From an uncultured virus (IMG/VR IMGVR_UViG_2643221865_000003) (lineage: Duplodnaviria; Heunggongvirae; Uroviricota; Caudoviricetes): a stretch of DNA of 28,737 nt. The stretch's first letter is position 1; every line of letters starts with the position of its first letter. Where the stretch lies: the IMG/VR virus record IMGVR_UViG_2643221865_000003; one strand, 5' to 3'. The position numbers and the translations under genes are program-made. The notes below the pieces were generated by a model, which made no database searches, had not been told where the DNA came from, and worked only from the letters and a program-made list of their open reading frames with translations. Shown piece after piece: positions 17,041 through 26,989 of the stretch.

Positions 17041-17853
17041 ATGTCAGAAACCAACGACTTCCGTCTGAAGAACACCGCCCAGATCACCCCGCCCGGCGTC
17101 TCGTCCGGCCAGTACGCCACCCAGAACCTCAGCGAGACGGAGGATGCCGCGAAGCCGCAGGTCTCCGCGCTGCAGCTCCGACTCGAAGCCCTCGACCGCC
17201 AGAAGGCGGAAGCTGACCGCGCCCGTGAGGAGGTCATCGTCCAGATCATCGCTGAGCGTCTCGCCGAGGACTTCCCGAACGTCGCCCAGGTTCAGGTCAA
17301 CCTCGACGATGAGGGGTACGCCTGGTACACCGTCGCTGACATCGCCGGTGTCGAGCTGTACGACGGTATGGGCGACGACGACCTGGACTCCGAGGTGCGC
17401 CACCTCATCTACGAACTGGGCATGGAGTGGGACAACGCACGCGTCTACGACGTCCCGGCTTCCCCTGAGAAGTCGATCCTCGCTCAGATCGAGTCCGATG
17501 GCCGGATCGCCGACGAGGCGTTCCGGCGCATTCAGGGCGGCACCGCACGAGGCATCTCCCACGTGGTGAAGAACCAGTTCCCGACCGCAGAGCGGGTACG
17601 TCTGGTGTGGCACTCCACGGACTCCTCCGCTGCAGTCGAGTCGATCCTCGACAAGGACGGCAACGTCCTAATCACCGGGATCGACCTGGAAGACGGTGAG
17701 ACCGAGCTCCCTCAGGTGGACGGAATCGACTTCTACACCCACCTCGAGGACTTCTACCTGATCCAGCTGCCCTCATCCGACGAGGCCCGCTCGATCCTCC
17801 GTAGGGACCAGTTCGGCGACAACACCGACATCGTCATCTCCGAATGGGTGTGA
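17041..17853 (+). CDS. Hypothetical acidic protein with PPGVSSGQY tag and duplicated domain
   Basis: EDFPNVAQVQV..VADIAGVEL vs NQFPTAERVRL..ILDKDGNVL. Confidence 0.75.
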   Translation: MSETNDFRLKNTAQITPPGVSSGQYATQNLSETEDAAKPQVSALQLRLEALDRQKAEADRAREEVIVQIIAERLAEDFPNVAQVQVNLDDEGYAWYTVADIAGVELYDGMGDDDLDSEVRHLIYELGMEWDNARVYDVPASPEKSILAQIESDGRIADEAFRRIQGGTARGISHVVKNQFPTAERVRLVWHSTDSSAAVESILDKDGNVLITGIDLEDGETELPQVDGIDFYTHLEDFYLIQLPSSDEARSILRRDQFGDNTDIVISEWV

Positions 17854-17876
17854 CCCACACCTCCTGACCAACAAGA

Positions 17877-17912
17877 AAGCGGCGGCCCCACTGGGACCGC
17901 CGCTTCCTCTTT
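17877..17912. terminator. Probable bidirectional terminator between convergent genes
   Basis: AAGCGGCGG.CCC / GGG.CCGCCGCTT stem flanked by A-rich and T-rich runs. Confidence 0.65.
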
Positions 17913-17913
17913 G

Positions 17914-17949
17914 CCGTGTTCGGGTCACGGTCCCGTGTTCGGGTCACGG
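17914..17949. repeat. 17-bp direct repeat CCGTGTTCGGGTCACGG x2
   Basis: Copies at 17914-17930 and 17933-17949; each has a CCGTG/CACGG inverted repeat. Confidence 0.85.
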
Positions 17950-18735
17950 AGCTGCGCGGTTGGCGATGTCGTGCATCGTGTTCGCGATCCCTCGGGCAGC
18001 TTCTAGGTCGGCGCGGAGGGTGTCGTACTGCTCGTCAGATACGTCGCTGCTGATCGTGGTGGTGGCGGCGTCGAGCGCCACGATCTGCGGATCCCATTCA
18101 GCTTTCACAGCCGCGGGGACGTCGAGGCTTTGCAGCTGGGCGACATTGAACGCCAACTCCACCTCGTTCGTCAGAAGCCGGAAGAACCCGTTCTCGTCCA
18201 GGGTGGTGACCATGTCGTCGAGGTCCTTGGTGTAGTCGTCCAGGTGCCCGTTCGCGGTGGTCTTGAAGAAGGTGGCATCCGGGACCGGCGCTTCGCTAGG
18301 CTCCTCGACGACCGGCTCCTCTGACGGTTCCGGCGCGACCTCCGCCGGGGTGGCTGAGGTGGTGGCCTGAGCTACAGGCTCCCGCCTGTCCTGCCTGTCG
18401 CTCGCCCCACGGATCAGCGCGGACACCATGCCGATGACCACGATCGCTACGACCACGACGATGATCCACGTGATCGTCTTCCGGGACATCGCAGGCTTCA
18501 CCTGGCCGGCCACGTTCGTGGACTGGTACACCGACGGGTCGTACCCGACAGCCTGCTGCGGGGATTGGACGACGGGGGCGGCCGGAGCGGCCGGGATCAC
18601 CTGTGTGGCGGCCGGCGGCGCCGGTGCCGTCTTCGGTGCCGTGTGCGTCGTCCAAGCTGCACCATCCCAGTAACGCTGGATCGTCTGATCGCTGGGGTCG
18701 TCGTACCAGCCGGCGGGTGGGGTGGGTTGACTCAC
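17944..18735 (-). CDS. DUF2510-type (AGWYxDP..RYWDG..WT) single-pass membrane protein (263 aa)
   Basis: PAGWYDDPSDQTIQRYWDGAAWT; Pro-rich linker; TM helix; GAGGAG RBS before GTG 18735. Confidence 0.8.
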   Translation of the reverse strand: MSQPTPPAGWYDDPSDQTIQRYWDGAAWTTHTAPKTAPAPPAATQVIPAAPAAPVVQSPQQAVGYDPSVYQSTNVAGQVKPAMSRKTITWIIVVVVAIVVIGMVSALIRGASDRQDRREPVAQATTSATPAEVAPEPSEEPVVEEPSEAPVPDATFFKTTANGHLDDYTKDLDDMVTTLDENGFFRLLTNEVELAFNVAQLQSLDVPAAVKAEWDPQIVALDAATTTISSDVSDEQYDTLRADLEAARGIANTMHDIANRAAP

Positions 18736-18823
18736 AGATCTCCTCAGGTGGGCGGCGCAGGGTGCCCGGTGAGTGTATCGACGGCCCACCGACACTGGCA
18801 CCACCCCGTTGTGGGCGGCGGCA

Positions 18824-18835
18824 GCCACACACCTA
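18824..18835 (+). promoter_or_regulatory. Class A motif GCCACACACCTA, 6 nt before ATG 18842
   Basis: 12-mer match; no RBS. Confidence 0.75.
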
Positions 18836-18841
18836 CGGTGC

Positions 18842-20506
18842 ATGTCCTCTTTCAAGCACTCACAGGCGACAGTCCTGAACCGTGAAACCGCACGCCAGCG
18901 CGAAGGCGCTGTCGCCGCCGGCGGGAAGAAGGTCGGCGGCCAGTTCGGCGCCCAGATCTTCATCGGCGGCGTCCCCGTCCAGATCTCCGGCAACCCGGAA
19001 CGCGTCGCCGCGTACCAGGAAGCGCTGCAGCAAGCCCGCTACTACGACCTCGCCGGCGAGATCCTCGGCGTCGACGACGTCGCCACCCGCCTGAAGACGA
19101 AGGAGAGCCTCGCCACCGCGAACGCCCTCATCTCCGACGAGATCAAGAACTCCGCCAACCAGAACGACTACATCGCCGTCCTCGCCGACCAAGCCGGCTA
19201 CGACCCCACCGACCCGAACACCAACACCGACGACTTCCCCGTCATGTCCGGCGTCTCCCGCTTCTACGACGCCGAGCAGTACGCCACCGTCGACCAGGCG
19301 TTCTCCGACTCCGGCCTCACCCCGGACAAGAACCTTGAAGCGTTCGACAAGGTGTTCACCGAGATGACCGACAACATCTACATGCGCGACTTCGCGCTGG
19401 GCACCGACGAGGAGACGTTCTCCAACTCCGTCCTCATCATCGAGGAAGCCGAAGGCGCGATGGCCGGCATCGACGAGGACAACCCCGCATACGCCGCCGT
19501 GATGAAGGACGGTGAGAAGCTCGCCGAGCTGCAGAACGCGTTGGCCGTCGCCGGCCTATACGGAGCGATCCGCGAGAAGTGGGAGGCGTACTCCCCGAAG
19601 CCGATCCCGAAGGAAGGACCGAACGGTGTGAAGCAGCTGTTCAGGAACGCGGACTCCATCAAGGTGGAGAACCACACCAGGTGGAACAGCGAAGGCCAGA
19701 TGACCGGCACCGGCTGGTCCACTGACCGCCGGCCCGTCGGGGAGACGAAGGCGGACGGCAGCGTCAACGCCGGCGACTCGTGGACGCCCGGGATCGACGG
19801 AGCACACATCAAGACCCGCCAGGACCTGAACGGTGACATCCTCGTCACCACTTACCACGACAATGGGCGGCCCGCGTCGGAGCTCCGCTACAAGGTGGAG
19901 AACTTCCCCCGGTTCCAGGACACGAAGGACCCGGGGGCCCGCCGCTACGCGCTGGAGAACCCGAAGCTGAACGCCGACTTCCTCAACGAAGCCGCTCGCA
20001 CCATCATCGAAGGCCGAGCCGACGGGCTGGAGCGGAAGGACGGGATCGCGTTGGAGAACATCGTGAAGCACCCGAACGTCTCCCCCAGACTCCTGAACAA
20101 CCTCGCGGAGATCTCCGACGACGGCCTGATCTTCCGGATTATGGAGTCGAAGAACATCACCCCCGAGGTGGTCGGCAACATCGTCCAGATGTTCGGTGAG
20201 GACAGCGAGGACCGGTTCATCCGGGCGCAGCGAGCTGTCGCCGAGTTCCGATACCCGCAACCGAACCGGTCCCCTGAACAGCGGGAAGAGGACCTGACGA
20301 ACGCCCGAGCCGCTGTGAGGTACGCCCAGAACGTCGACGCGGTCATGGCCAAGGGCCTGTCGTACATGTCGACCAACAAGGTGGACTCGATCGCCGGCCT
20401 CAGCTACAACACCCTGGACGCCGCCGTCGAAGGGTTCATGGGCGGTGTGGAGAAGCTCCGCGACGAGCTCCGCGAAGGCGAGACGCTCTGGGGCGCCGCG
20501 GCTTAG
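18842..20506 (+). CDS. Large hypothetical protein with GGKKVGGQF tag and short helical (HPNVSP..L..LA-type) repeats (554 aa)
   Basis: Strong GC3 bias; start follows the motif; ALENPKL, IVKHPNVSPRLLNNLA and IMESKNITPEVV repeats. Confidence 0.75.
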   Translation: MSSFKHSQATVLNRETARQREGAVAAGGKKVGGQFGAQIFIGGVPVQISGNPERVAAYQEALQQARYYDLAGEILGVDDVATRLKTKESLATANALISDEIKNSANQNDYIAVLADQAGYDPTDPNTNTDDFPVMSGVSRFYDAEQYATVDQAFSDSGLTPDKNLEAFDKVFTEMTDNIYMRDFALGTDEETFSNSVLIIEEAEGAMAGIDEDNPAYAAVMKDGEKLAELQNALAVAGLYGAIREKWEAYSPKPIPKEGPNGVKQLFRNADSIKVENHTRWNSEGQMTGTGWSTDRRPVGETKADGSVNAGDSWTPGIDGAHIKTRQDLNGDILVTTYHDNGRPASELRYKVENFPRFQDTKDPGARRYALENPKLNADFLNEAARTIIEGRADGLERKDGIALENIVKHPNVSPRLLNNLAEISDDGLIFRIMESKNITPEVVGNIVQMFGEDSEDRFIRAQRAVAEFRYPQPNRSPEQREEDLTNARAAVRYAQNVDAVMAKGLSYMSTNKVDSIAGLSYNTLDAAVEGFMGGVEKLRDELREGETLWGAAA

Positions 20507-20522
20507 CCGGTGAGTAGATGAG

Positions 20523-20552
20523 ACGGGCGGGGTTCTTCGGAGCCTCGCCCGT
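20523..20552. terminator. Hairpin between convergent genes
   Basis: ACGGGCGGGGTTC-TTCG-GAGCCTCGCCCGT, cUUCGg loop. Confidence 0.7.
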
Positions 20553-20555
20553 TCG

Positions 20556-21776
20556 TCATCCAACCGCCTGCACCCCGTACTTCGATGCGAGCGCCGGGTC
20601 GACGAGCCGGACGGTGCAGCCGGAGTAGGAGCCGGTGAGCGCTGCCTTCTTCACAGCAGTGGATTCGGTGACCATCAGCTTGTCGCCGGGTGACTGGATC
20701 TTCGTGATGGCGTACCCGCTGACCAGGTTGCTGGTGAACACGATGTTCTTCGTCTTCGCGGCGTCGTACGTCTTCATCGCAGCGTCGTACTTGGTGCCGT
20801 TCCGCTGGGCGAGGATCGCGTTGCCGTACGAGTTGATGTTCTGGGAGGCGAGGCCGGAGACGATGCCGGTGCCGGCGTACGCCATCGTGTTGTACCGGAT
20901 GATGACGTCGTTGGCTGAGCCGGTGACGTTGGATCCGCTGACCTTGATGTTCGCGCCTTCCGGAGCTCCAGCGAGGAGGTTCCGTTCGACGATCCCGCCT
21001 TTGGAGTACAGGGTCGGTTGAAGGTAGATGTCGTGGTACTGCCCGTGGATGCCTTTCCCGAGGTTCTCCCGGATGCAGTTGTTCGCGACGGTGTACGACT
21101 GCGGTGCGGCTTTCGTCCGTTCGGCTGTGGTGCCCTTGACGACCTGGGTGGCGTCTTCGCGGATCATCAGGTTCGCGTACCCGCGGCCGCCGGCGATCTC
21201 GTTGCGGGTGAACTTCCAGCCGCGGCCGCCGAACATGGCGACCACCTGCTCGCCTTTGGTGTGGACGGCGTCGTACTTGAAGTGGATGCCGGTGATCGTC
21301 CAGTAGTCCCCGGACTTCAGGTAGAACTGCCCGGCGAGTGTCACCGTCTCCTTCGGTGCTGCCTGAAGGACGATCGGCTTCGACGCGGTGCCGGGGCGGG
21401 CTCCGTACCCGACAGCTTCCTTGTAGGTGCCGGCACGAACAACGATGACGTCACCGGGCTTCGCCACCTGAACACCGTAGGAGATGGTGGCGAGCGGATG
21501 GGACGCGTCCGGCGCCTGGCATCGTTCCGGCCTCGTAGCCTCCCATCCGATGTTGATGCAGGAGCGCCGGTCGGTGTTGAACGCCTTGTCGGTGCCGGTC
21601 TTCGCAACGTAGATGTACCTGCCGCCGGGAGCAGGTTTCGCCAACGAGGTGGTGCCGACGGAAGTGACCGGCCCGAGCTTCGGGGTAGTCGCCGCTGTCG
21701 CCGGTGCTGCGCACCCGAAGGTGACGGTCAGCGCGAGGAGCGCCGCCGCAGCGAGGGTCCGCGCTCGTTTAGACAT
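20556..21776 (-). CDS. Secreted right-handed parallel beta-helix protein (pectate lyase-like fold)
   Basis: Signal peptide; YIYVAKTGTD..HPLATI..AKPGDVIVVRAGTYKE..GTASKPIVL start typical of beta-helix enzymes; Asn-ladder repeats. Confidence 0.75.
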   Translation of the reverse strand: MSKRARTLAAAALLALTVTFGCAAPATAATTPKLGPVTSVGTTSLAKPAPGGRYIYVAKTGTDKAFNTDRRSCINIGWEATRPERCQAPDASHPLATISYGVQVAKPGDVIVVRAGTYKEAVGYGARPGTASKPIVLQAAPKETVTLAGQFYLKSGDYWTITGIHFKYDAVHTKGEQVVAMFGGRGWKFTRNEIAGGRGYANLMIREDATQVVKGTTAERTKAAPQSYTVANNCIRENLGKGIHGQYHDIYLQPTLYSKGGIVERNLLAGAPEGANIKVSGSNVTGSANDVIIRYNTMAYAGTGIVSGLASQNINSYGNAILAQRNGTKYDAAMKTYDAAKTKNIVFTSNLVSGYAITKIQSPGDKLMVTESTAVKKAALTGSYSGCTVRLVDPALASKYGVQAVG

Positions 21777-22530
21777 GGCCGATGCCGAAGTTGTACGGGG
21801 CGAAGATCACAGAGCCTTCATGCTGGTATCTGTTCTGCCCGGTGACGGAGTTCGAGTTCGAGTACTTCTCCATGTACTTCGGTCCGATCGGCGGTCCGTG
21901 CTCCGCCTGCACCTGGTTGAAGTCGGAGTCCGGGTTGTACGGCTCGTCCATGTACCTGGCCAGCCAGCCGAGGTCGTCGCCGGGCTGGAACCCTTGGATG
22001 GTGGAGACGCTGATGTCCCCGCCGATGACCGGTTCGAGGAACACGACAGCCAAGTTCATGTCCATGTTCTTCCCACCGGTCTCGTGGTCATCCATGACCT
22101 CGAAACCGGGCCATTTGTAGTGGGTGACCGGCCACCATTCCGACCCACCCGGTGTGTCCGAGATGGTCGGCTCAGAACCGATGACCCAGGTCATGTTCTG
22201 CACGAAAGTCTTGACGTCCAGGTCGTAGGACAGACCGACGATGATCTCGCCTGAGGCGTCCTTCATGTCGAGCTGCTCAGGGCGGACGGTGATCTGCGTG
22301 ATGGTGTCCATCGGATCCACTGCAGGAACCGGATCAGGCGCGGGGACGGGAGCAGGTGTTGATGAAGGAGTCGGCTTCGGAGCCGGGACAGGTGACGGCT
22401 TCGCGGTGGCGATCTTCGTCGGAGCCGGCGCCGGTTCAGCTGTCGGTTTCGGAGGGGAGCTTGTTGCGGTGCAACCGGCCAAGGCGATCGCGGCGACAGC
22501 GGTCAGGGCAAAAACGGACAGTCTGTTCAT
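21769..22530 (-). CDS. Lipoprotein with Pro-rich linker
   Basis: Lipobox LAG-C; PAPK/PT-rich stalk; GAAGGA RBS. Confidence 0.75.
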   Translation of the reverse strand: MNRLSVFALTAVAAIALAGCTATSSPPKPTAEPAPAPTKIATAKPSPVPAPKPTPSSTPAPVPAPDPVPAVDPMDTITQITVRPEQLDMKDASGEIIVGLSYDLDVKTFVQNMTWVIGSEPTISDTPGGSEWWPVTHYKWPGFEVMDDHETGGKNMDMNLAVVFLEPVIGGDISVSTIQGFQPGDDLGWLARYMDEPYNPDSDFNQVQAEHGPPIGPKYMEKYSNSNSVTGQNRYQHEGSVIFAPYNFGIGHV

Positions 22531-22584
22531 CGGATCCTTCGTCGGACGGTGGTGTCTGACGGAGGGACATGTGGCGAACGGGTG

Positions 22585-22827
22585 TCAGCCGGTGCGGAAC
22601 CTGCGGACCGTCGACGCCCGCCTGGCCTCAGCGGCGACACGCGGGTCCGGATCCTGCTCGAGGACCGCGAGGATCGGCTGGCGGTGCGGCCCGTGGACGT
22701 TCTGCGCCAACTGCACCCGGATGCGGGTGCGAGCGTCGGATGCGATCAAGTCGAGGAGCGCCTTGTCGGTGTTCGGGTCGCGCATCGCCCAGAACAGCTC
22801 ATCGTCGGTGTGCAGCGCGTCAGCCAT
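22585..22827 (-). CDS. Small HEAT/LRV-like repeat protein
   Basis: DPNT..LLDLIASD...IRVQLAQN...LEQDPDPRVAAEA; GAGAGG RBS; class B motif upstream. Confidence 0.6.
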   Translation of the reverse strand: MADALHTDDELFWAMRDPNTDKALLDLIASDARTRIRVQLAQNVHGPHRQPILAVLEQDPDPRVAAEARRASTVRRFRTG

Positions 22828-22874
22828 CCCAGGACCTCTCCGGTTCGCCGGGAAGGCATGTGGCGAGCATCCGT

Positions 22875-23123
22875 CTAGGGCCGGGTGGTCGCACCCATCA
22901 CCGCTTCGATTGCTGCTCTGCCGGCTCGGATCTCGGCGATGTCATCGGCCATGGACGCCGACAGTTGGTCCATCCGCTCAGCGACTTCGACGAAACGTGT
23001 GTGCTCAGCAGCGCGAACCTCAGACCACGAGGGAACATCTTCCTCGACTCGGTCCTTGCGGTCGGAGCGGTTCGCTTCGTCGAGCTGTCGGTAGGACTCG
23101 TGCAGCCATGTGGGTGAGAACAT
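22875..23123 (-). CDS. Small hypothetical helical protein (82 aa)
   Basis: TGATG coupling to the upstream gene; starts MFSPTWLHESY. Confidence 0.55.
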   Translation of the reverse strand: MFSPTWLHESYRQLDEANRSDRKDRVEEDVPSWSEVRAAEHTRFVEVAERMDQLSASMADDIAEIRAGRAAIEAVMGATTRP

Positions 23124-23563
23124 CAGCGGACGAACGTGTACTTCATGCGGAACGTGGGCTCGAAGATGGCGCCCTTGGCGTTGCCGCTGACCGCCCGCCA
23201 GTAGATGTCGTTGCTTCCGGCGACGCTGTCGATGCGGGTGACCCTCACTTCGGTGCCGTTCAGGTTCCGCTTCCACACCTGGTCGAGCTCGACGGAGTCC
23301 GGCTGGGCCTCCGGTGCCGGGTCGGGTGCCGGGACGAACGGCTGGTAGGTGCCCGCGGCCACATCAGCCTTGTGCTGTCGGTGCCATGCGCGTCGCTGGT
23401 ACGCGGACTGGTAGACGTCGGAGAGCTGCCCGCAGGCACATTTCGCACGACCGGTGCCAGACGTACCGCCGAACAGACCAGATGAGATGCGGTCGGCGTT
23501 CATATCGAAGGGTGCGCCTTCGTTGGCGAGTCCGTGACCGCGGACTTCGGTGTTCTTCGGCAT
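23123..23563 (-). CDS. Hypothetical protein with CxC..H..H zinc-finger-like motif (146 aa)
   Basis: AKCACGQLSD...RAWHRQHK; GAGGAGG RBS before ATG 23563. Confidence 0.7.
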   Translation of the reverse strand: MPKNTEVRGHGLANEGAPFDMNADRISSGLFGGTSGTGRAKCACGQLSDVYQSAYQRRAWHRQHKADVAAGTYQPFVPAPDPAPEAQPDSVELDQVWKRNLNGTEVRVTRIDSVAGSNDIYWRAVSGNAKGAIFEPTFRMKYTFVR

Positions 23564-23586
23564 AGGTGCCTCCTCTTCCACAACGT

Positions 23587-23638
23587 ACATGCGCGGCATG
23601 CCGCGGTTCTTCTGAGAACAGATCGCGTCCGCACATGT
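23587..23638. promoter_or_regulatory. Back-to-back class B motifs (CCGCGCATGT on -, CCGCACATGT on +)
   Basis: 23587-23596 (-) faces gene 23563; 23629-23638 (+) faces gene 23675. Confidence 0.6.
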
Positions 23639-23674
23639 TGGTTACGACCTCAACCAGCAGTCCAGGAGACATCG

Positions 23675-24193
23675 ATGACGACCGCCGCGCCCACACGGAC
23701 CCGCACGCTGCGGTCCGACCTTAGCCGTGCCGCACGGTCGTCGGTCGATGCTGCCGATGTAATCGTGGGTGCCGCTGTGCACGTGGGCGGAATCTCTGCT
23801 GCCAGGGTGCGTTCGCTCGCATCGGCTGCGCCGACGCTCGCTGAGCTCCGGGCTGCTGTCCGATCCGTCGACCGTGCGCGTCTGGTCGCCTTGCTGCCGA
23901 CGGTGTCGTCGGGCCGACAGTCGGCCGCCGCGCGGCGGCACGCATTCCTTCTTCTGCTTGCCCCTTTGGATCATGCCCTGCTTCTGTTCCCGATTGCTGT
24001 GTCGATCGCGGCGACGTGGTGGTTCTGGTTCCTGGCGAACGGTGCGTTCGACGGTGCGTTGACCTTGACGTCGATCGAGGGGATCACGAGCTTGTGCGGG
24101 TGGTCGGCTGGGGCCGGCGCGGTGGGGCTTCTGGCGGGTGTGTTCCTGTTCGGTGAGAGCCGCAGGGCTGCAGTTTCGCGTTCAGACAAGTAG
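23675..24193 (+). CDS. Hypothetical membrane protein (172 aa)
   Basis: AGGAG RBS before ATG 23675; C-terminal hydrophobic helices. Confidence 0.65.
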   Translation: MTTAAPTRTRTLRSDLSRAARSSVDAADVIVGAAVHVGGISAARVRSLASAAPTLAELRAAVRSVDRARLVALLPTVSSGRQSAAARRHAFLLLLAPLDHALLLFPIAVSIAATWWFWFLANGAFDGALTLTSIEGITSLCGWSAGAGAVGLLAGVFLFGESRRAAVSRSDK

Positions 24194-24305
24194 CAGAAAG
24201 CCTGATCGGTAAAGGTTTCTGTGGTGCGCAGGCATCAAAAGTGCCGCATGCCGCACATGGAAGTGGAGACAAAGAGCTCCAACCCGCAAGGAAACCCCCG
24301 CACCC

Positions 24306-25466
24306 ATGTACAAGCACCACCCCCGCACCATCCGTTCACTTCTCGTCGCAGGTTCCGTCGCAGCAATCATCTGCGGCAGCAGCGCCACCGCATTCTCGGT
24401 GACAGCCTCAGCCCCGACGGAGAACCCCACCTGGAACCAGCTCAACTTCGTGAAGAAGGACGAGAAGGCCGCGACCACGCAGGCTGCTGTCCTGAAGAAC
24501 AGCATCAAGCAGGTCGACCACAAACTGGCCGAAGCCCGGAAGGTCGCTGAAGCCGCAACCGTGCAGCTGGTCGACACCCGCCTCGAGGTGACCGGCGACG
24601 TCGTCGATGTCCCCTCCGAGGATGAACCGATCGCCGCTGCCGTCGTCGCGGATGACACCGCCGCCCCACTCCCCGTGAAGCCAACAGTCCAGCCCGTAGC
24701 AGTTGCGGACAGCGCCGCACCGGCGTCCGACGCGACACCCGACGAGGTCCTCGACGCTGCGAAGCAGGTCCAAGCCCAGGCCGAGGCCGACCTAGCCGCC
24801 CAGGAGGTGAAAGCTGCCGAGCTGAAAGCTCAGCTGCAGTTCCTGAAGGACAAGGACGCTGACGACACCGCCAAGTACGAAGCCGCCACCACGAAGGCGG
24901 AGAAGAAGGCGAAGGCGGCCGCCGACGAGCGTCTCGCCGACATCGAAGCGAAGAAGAAGGCGGAGGAGGAAGCCCGCAAGGCCGAGGAGGCCCGGAAGGC
25001 GGCGGAAGCAGAAGCCGCACGCATCGCCGCTGAGCTCGCTTTCAAGAACCGCTGGGTCGACCCCGCGACTGGCGGCATCTCGGACGGGTTCGGTCCCCGC
25101 GCAGTCATCTGCGCCGGCGACGGCTGCTCCTCCGGGTTCCACTCCGGCACCGACGTGTCCACCGGCTGCGACGCCCCGATCCTCGCCGCCCACGCCGGCA
25201 CTGTGTCCTTCGCCGACTGGGACGGCACCCACGGTGAGTTCCTGATGATCGACCACGGCGCCAACACCTGGACCGGGTACGCCCACATCCGCCCCGGCGG
25301 GTTCGCAGTATCTGTCGGCCAGTACGTCGAAGCCGGACAGGTCATCGCCTACACCGGGACTACCGGCGCTTCCACCGGCTGCCACCTCCACTACGAGGTG
25401 TTCCAGAACGGTCAGCGCATCGACCCGCAGCCGTTCATGGCCTCCGTCGGCTCCGCCGTCGGCTAA
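24306..25466 (+). CDS. Secreted M23-family metallopeptidase (peptidoglycan hydrolase) with coiled-coil stalk
   Basis: Signal peptide; HSGTD, YAH and GASTGCHLHYEV M23 motifs. Confidence 0.9.
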   Translation: MYKHHPRTIRSLLVAGSVAAIICGSSATAFSVTASAPTENPTWNQLNFVKKDEKAATTQAAVLKNSIKQVDHKLAEARKVAEAATVQLVDTRLEVTGDVVDVPSEDEPIAAAVVADDTAAPLPVKPTVQPVAVADSAAPASDATPDEVLDAAKQVQAQAEADLAAQEVKAAELKAQLQFLKDKDADDTAKYEAATTKAEKKAKAAADERLADIEAKKKAEEEARKAEEARKAAEAEAARIAAELAFKNRWVDPATGGISDGFGPRAVICAGDGCSSGFHSGTDVSTGCDAPILAAHAGTVSFADWDGTHGEFLMIDHGANTWTGYAHIRPGGFAVSVGQYVEAGQVIAYTGTTGASTGCHLHYEVFQNGQRIDPQPFMASVGSAVG

Positions 25467-25487
25467 CGAACAACGAAGGACTTCACC

Positions 25488-26195
25488 ATGCCGAAGTACA
25501 CCCCCACGAAGGACGAGCGAGCCGAGCTCGACGAGATCGCCCAGGCATCTGAGGAGGAAGCCCTCATGGAGGTCGATGACGACTACTTCTACTCGCCGCG
25601 TGAGTCCGACGACACCATCTCCTACAATTCGTCGGTGGACAAGGATGGCGGCCGGGACTGGGAGCTGTCCCTCGGCGGTGCCGATTGCGAGTACTGCGGG
25701 TACAACTACGACCGGCTGGAAGTCACCGAGAAGCTCCCCGGTGCGTTCGACGCTCAGCTCTCGGTCGGCTGCTACTCCGGTGACGGTGTCACTGACGTTC
25801 GGCTCTCGGAGCTGGCGGCGTTCGTCGACGACCTCGCAGAACGGTACACCGGGTACGGCTGGGGGCGCGCGTTCAAACAGATGGCTGCGGACATCCGCTC
25901 GTCCGAAACCGACGCCCGTGACGGCTCCGGCTACAAGAAGGTGAGCAACGCTGCCGCTGCGATCAACGCCATGCTCAACGGGTACCTCACGAAGGACCAG
26001 GCGATCGCTGCTGCAGCCGCCGCCGGCGACCCGCTGATCGGCCGCCCGTCCGAGGACCTGCACGATGATGCAGCGGCCCCTTTCACCGCTCTGGAAGAGG
26101 CGTTCCGGGACGGCGGCGAATGGTGGGACGCGCTGTACGACGACATCGTCGAGCAGACCACCGGCCCCCACCCGGTCGCCCCGTGGGTCAGCTAG
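25488..26195 (+). CDS. Hypothetical acidic protein
   Basis: GAAGGA RBS; CEYC motif; GC3-biased codons. Confidence 0.7.
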   Translation: MPKYTPTKDERAELDEIAQASEEEALMEVDDDYFYSPRESDDTISYNSSVDKDGGRDWELSLGGADCEYCGYNYDRLEVTEKLPGAFDAQLSVGCYSGDGVTDVRLSELAAFVDDLAERYTGYGWGRAFKQMAADIRSSETDARDGSGYKKVSNAAAAINAMLNGYLTKDQAIAAAAAAGDPLIGRPSEDLHDDAAAPFTALEEAFRDGGEWWDALYDDIVEQTTGPHPVAPWVS

Positions 26196-26206
26196 CCACA
26201 CACCTA
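26195..26206 (+). promoter_or_regulatory. Class A motif GCCACACACCTA, 6 nt before ATG 26213
   Basis: 12-mer match starting at the last base of the upstream stop; no RBS. Confidence 0.75.
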
Positions 26207-26212
26207 CAGTTC

Positions 26213-26908
26213 ATGCCTCAGAACCAGAAGCCGCTTCGCGGCAAGGACAAGAACATCATCCCCGGAAACGGGACCGCTGGTTCGTTCGTCGCCCAGGAGC
26301 ACGCTCCGATCGACGACGACGCCCGCCCGCAGCCTGCCGCAGAGTGGGTGCCGGCGTACGGCTCGCATGAGGAAGCCGTCCGGGACACCTTTGAGGACGT
26401 CCCCGACCGCATGAAGTGGGGCACAGCCGCCGATTACCGGTTCGCGGTCAACGAGTTCGACGCGGCGATGTGGCGAGCAGGTCTCGACAAGACGGACGCG
26501 TTCGACTTCCACGCCGAGTACTCATCCGACATGGTCCAGCGCGTTCAGCACTCCGTCGCGCTGTCCAGCGCTCGCACCGCCGCGGAGATCCGCGAACGCG
26601 AGGCCCGCGAACGCATCGAACAGGCCGAACGCGATGTCGAGGAGGCCATCCACGACCAGACCGCGTTCCTCATCCTGTTCCGGGAGCCGCGCGCCGCCGC
26701 GATCCGATGCGAGATCGTCGACCTGGGCAAAGCGGTCACCGTTGTCCCCTTGGAGATCCTCGACCGTGACGGCAACACCCTCCCGGAGACGGAGAACTGG
26801 TCCGACATGCGCCAGGCGATCTCGAACACGTACCGGGACAGCACACTGCCGAAGTCAGCCCGTTGGTCTGGCGACCGCCACGGGTCGGAGCTCACCTTCA
26901 CCTTCTGA
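26213..26908 (+). CDS. Hypothetical protein with PGNGTAGSFVAQEH tag (231 aa)
   Basis: Start follows the motif; C-terminal EPRAAAIRC..EILDRDGNTL resembles the repeated domain of 17041-17853. Confidence 0.75.
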   Translation: MPQNQKPLRGKDKNIIPGNGTAGSFVAQEHAPIDDDARPQPAAEWVPAYGSHEEAVRDTFEDVPDRMKWGTAADYRFAVNEFDAAMWRAGLDKTDAFDFHAEYSSDMVQRVQHSVALSSARTAAEIREREARERIEQAERDVEEAIHDQTAFLILFREPRAAAIRCEIVDLGKAVTVVPLEILDRDGNTLPETENWSDMRQAISNTYRDSTLPKSARWSGDRHGSELTFTF

Positions 26909-26989
26909 CCTTGTCGGCGGCCGTCAGTAACGTCGCCACATGGCTCACAGCTGACATAACTGACGGCTACGGAATCAAGGGAGGTTGAG

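Noticed and set aside
17854..17862. Partial class A-like CCCACACCT after stop 17853
   Set aside because: Lacks the GCC(A/G) start and final TA, and is followed by a terminator rather than a gene.
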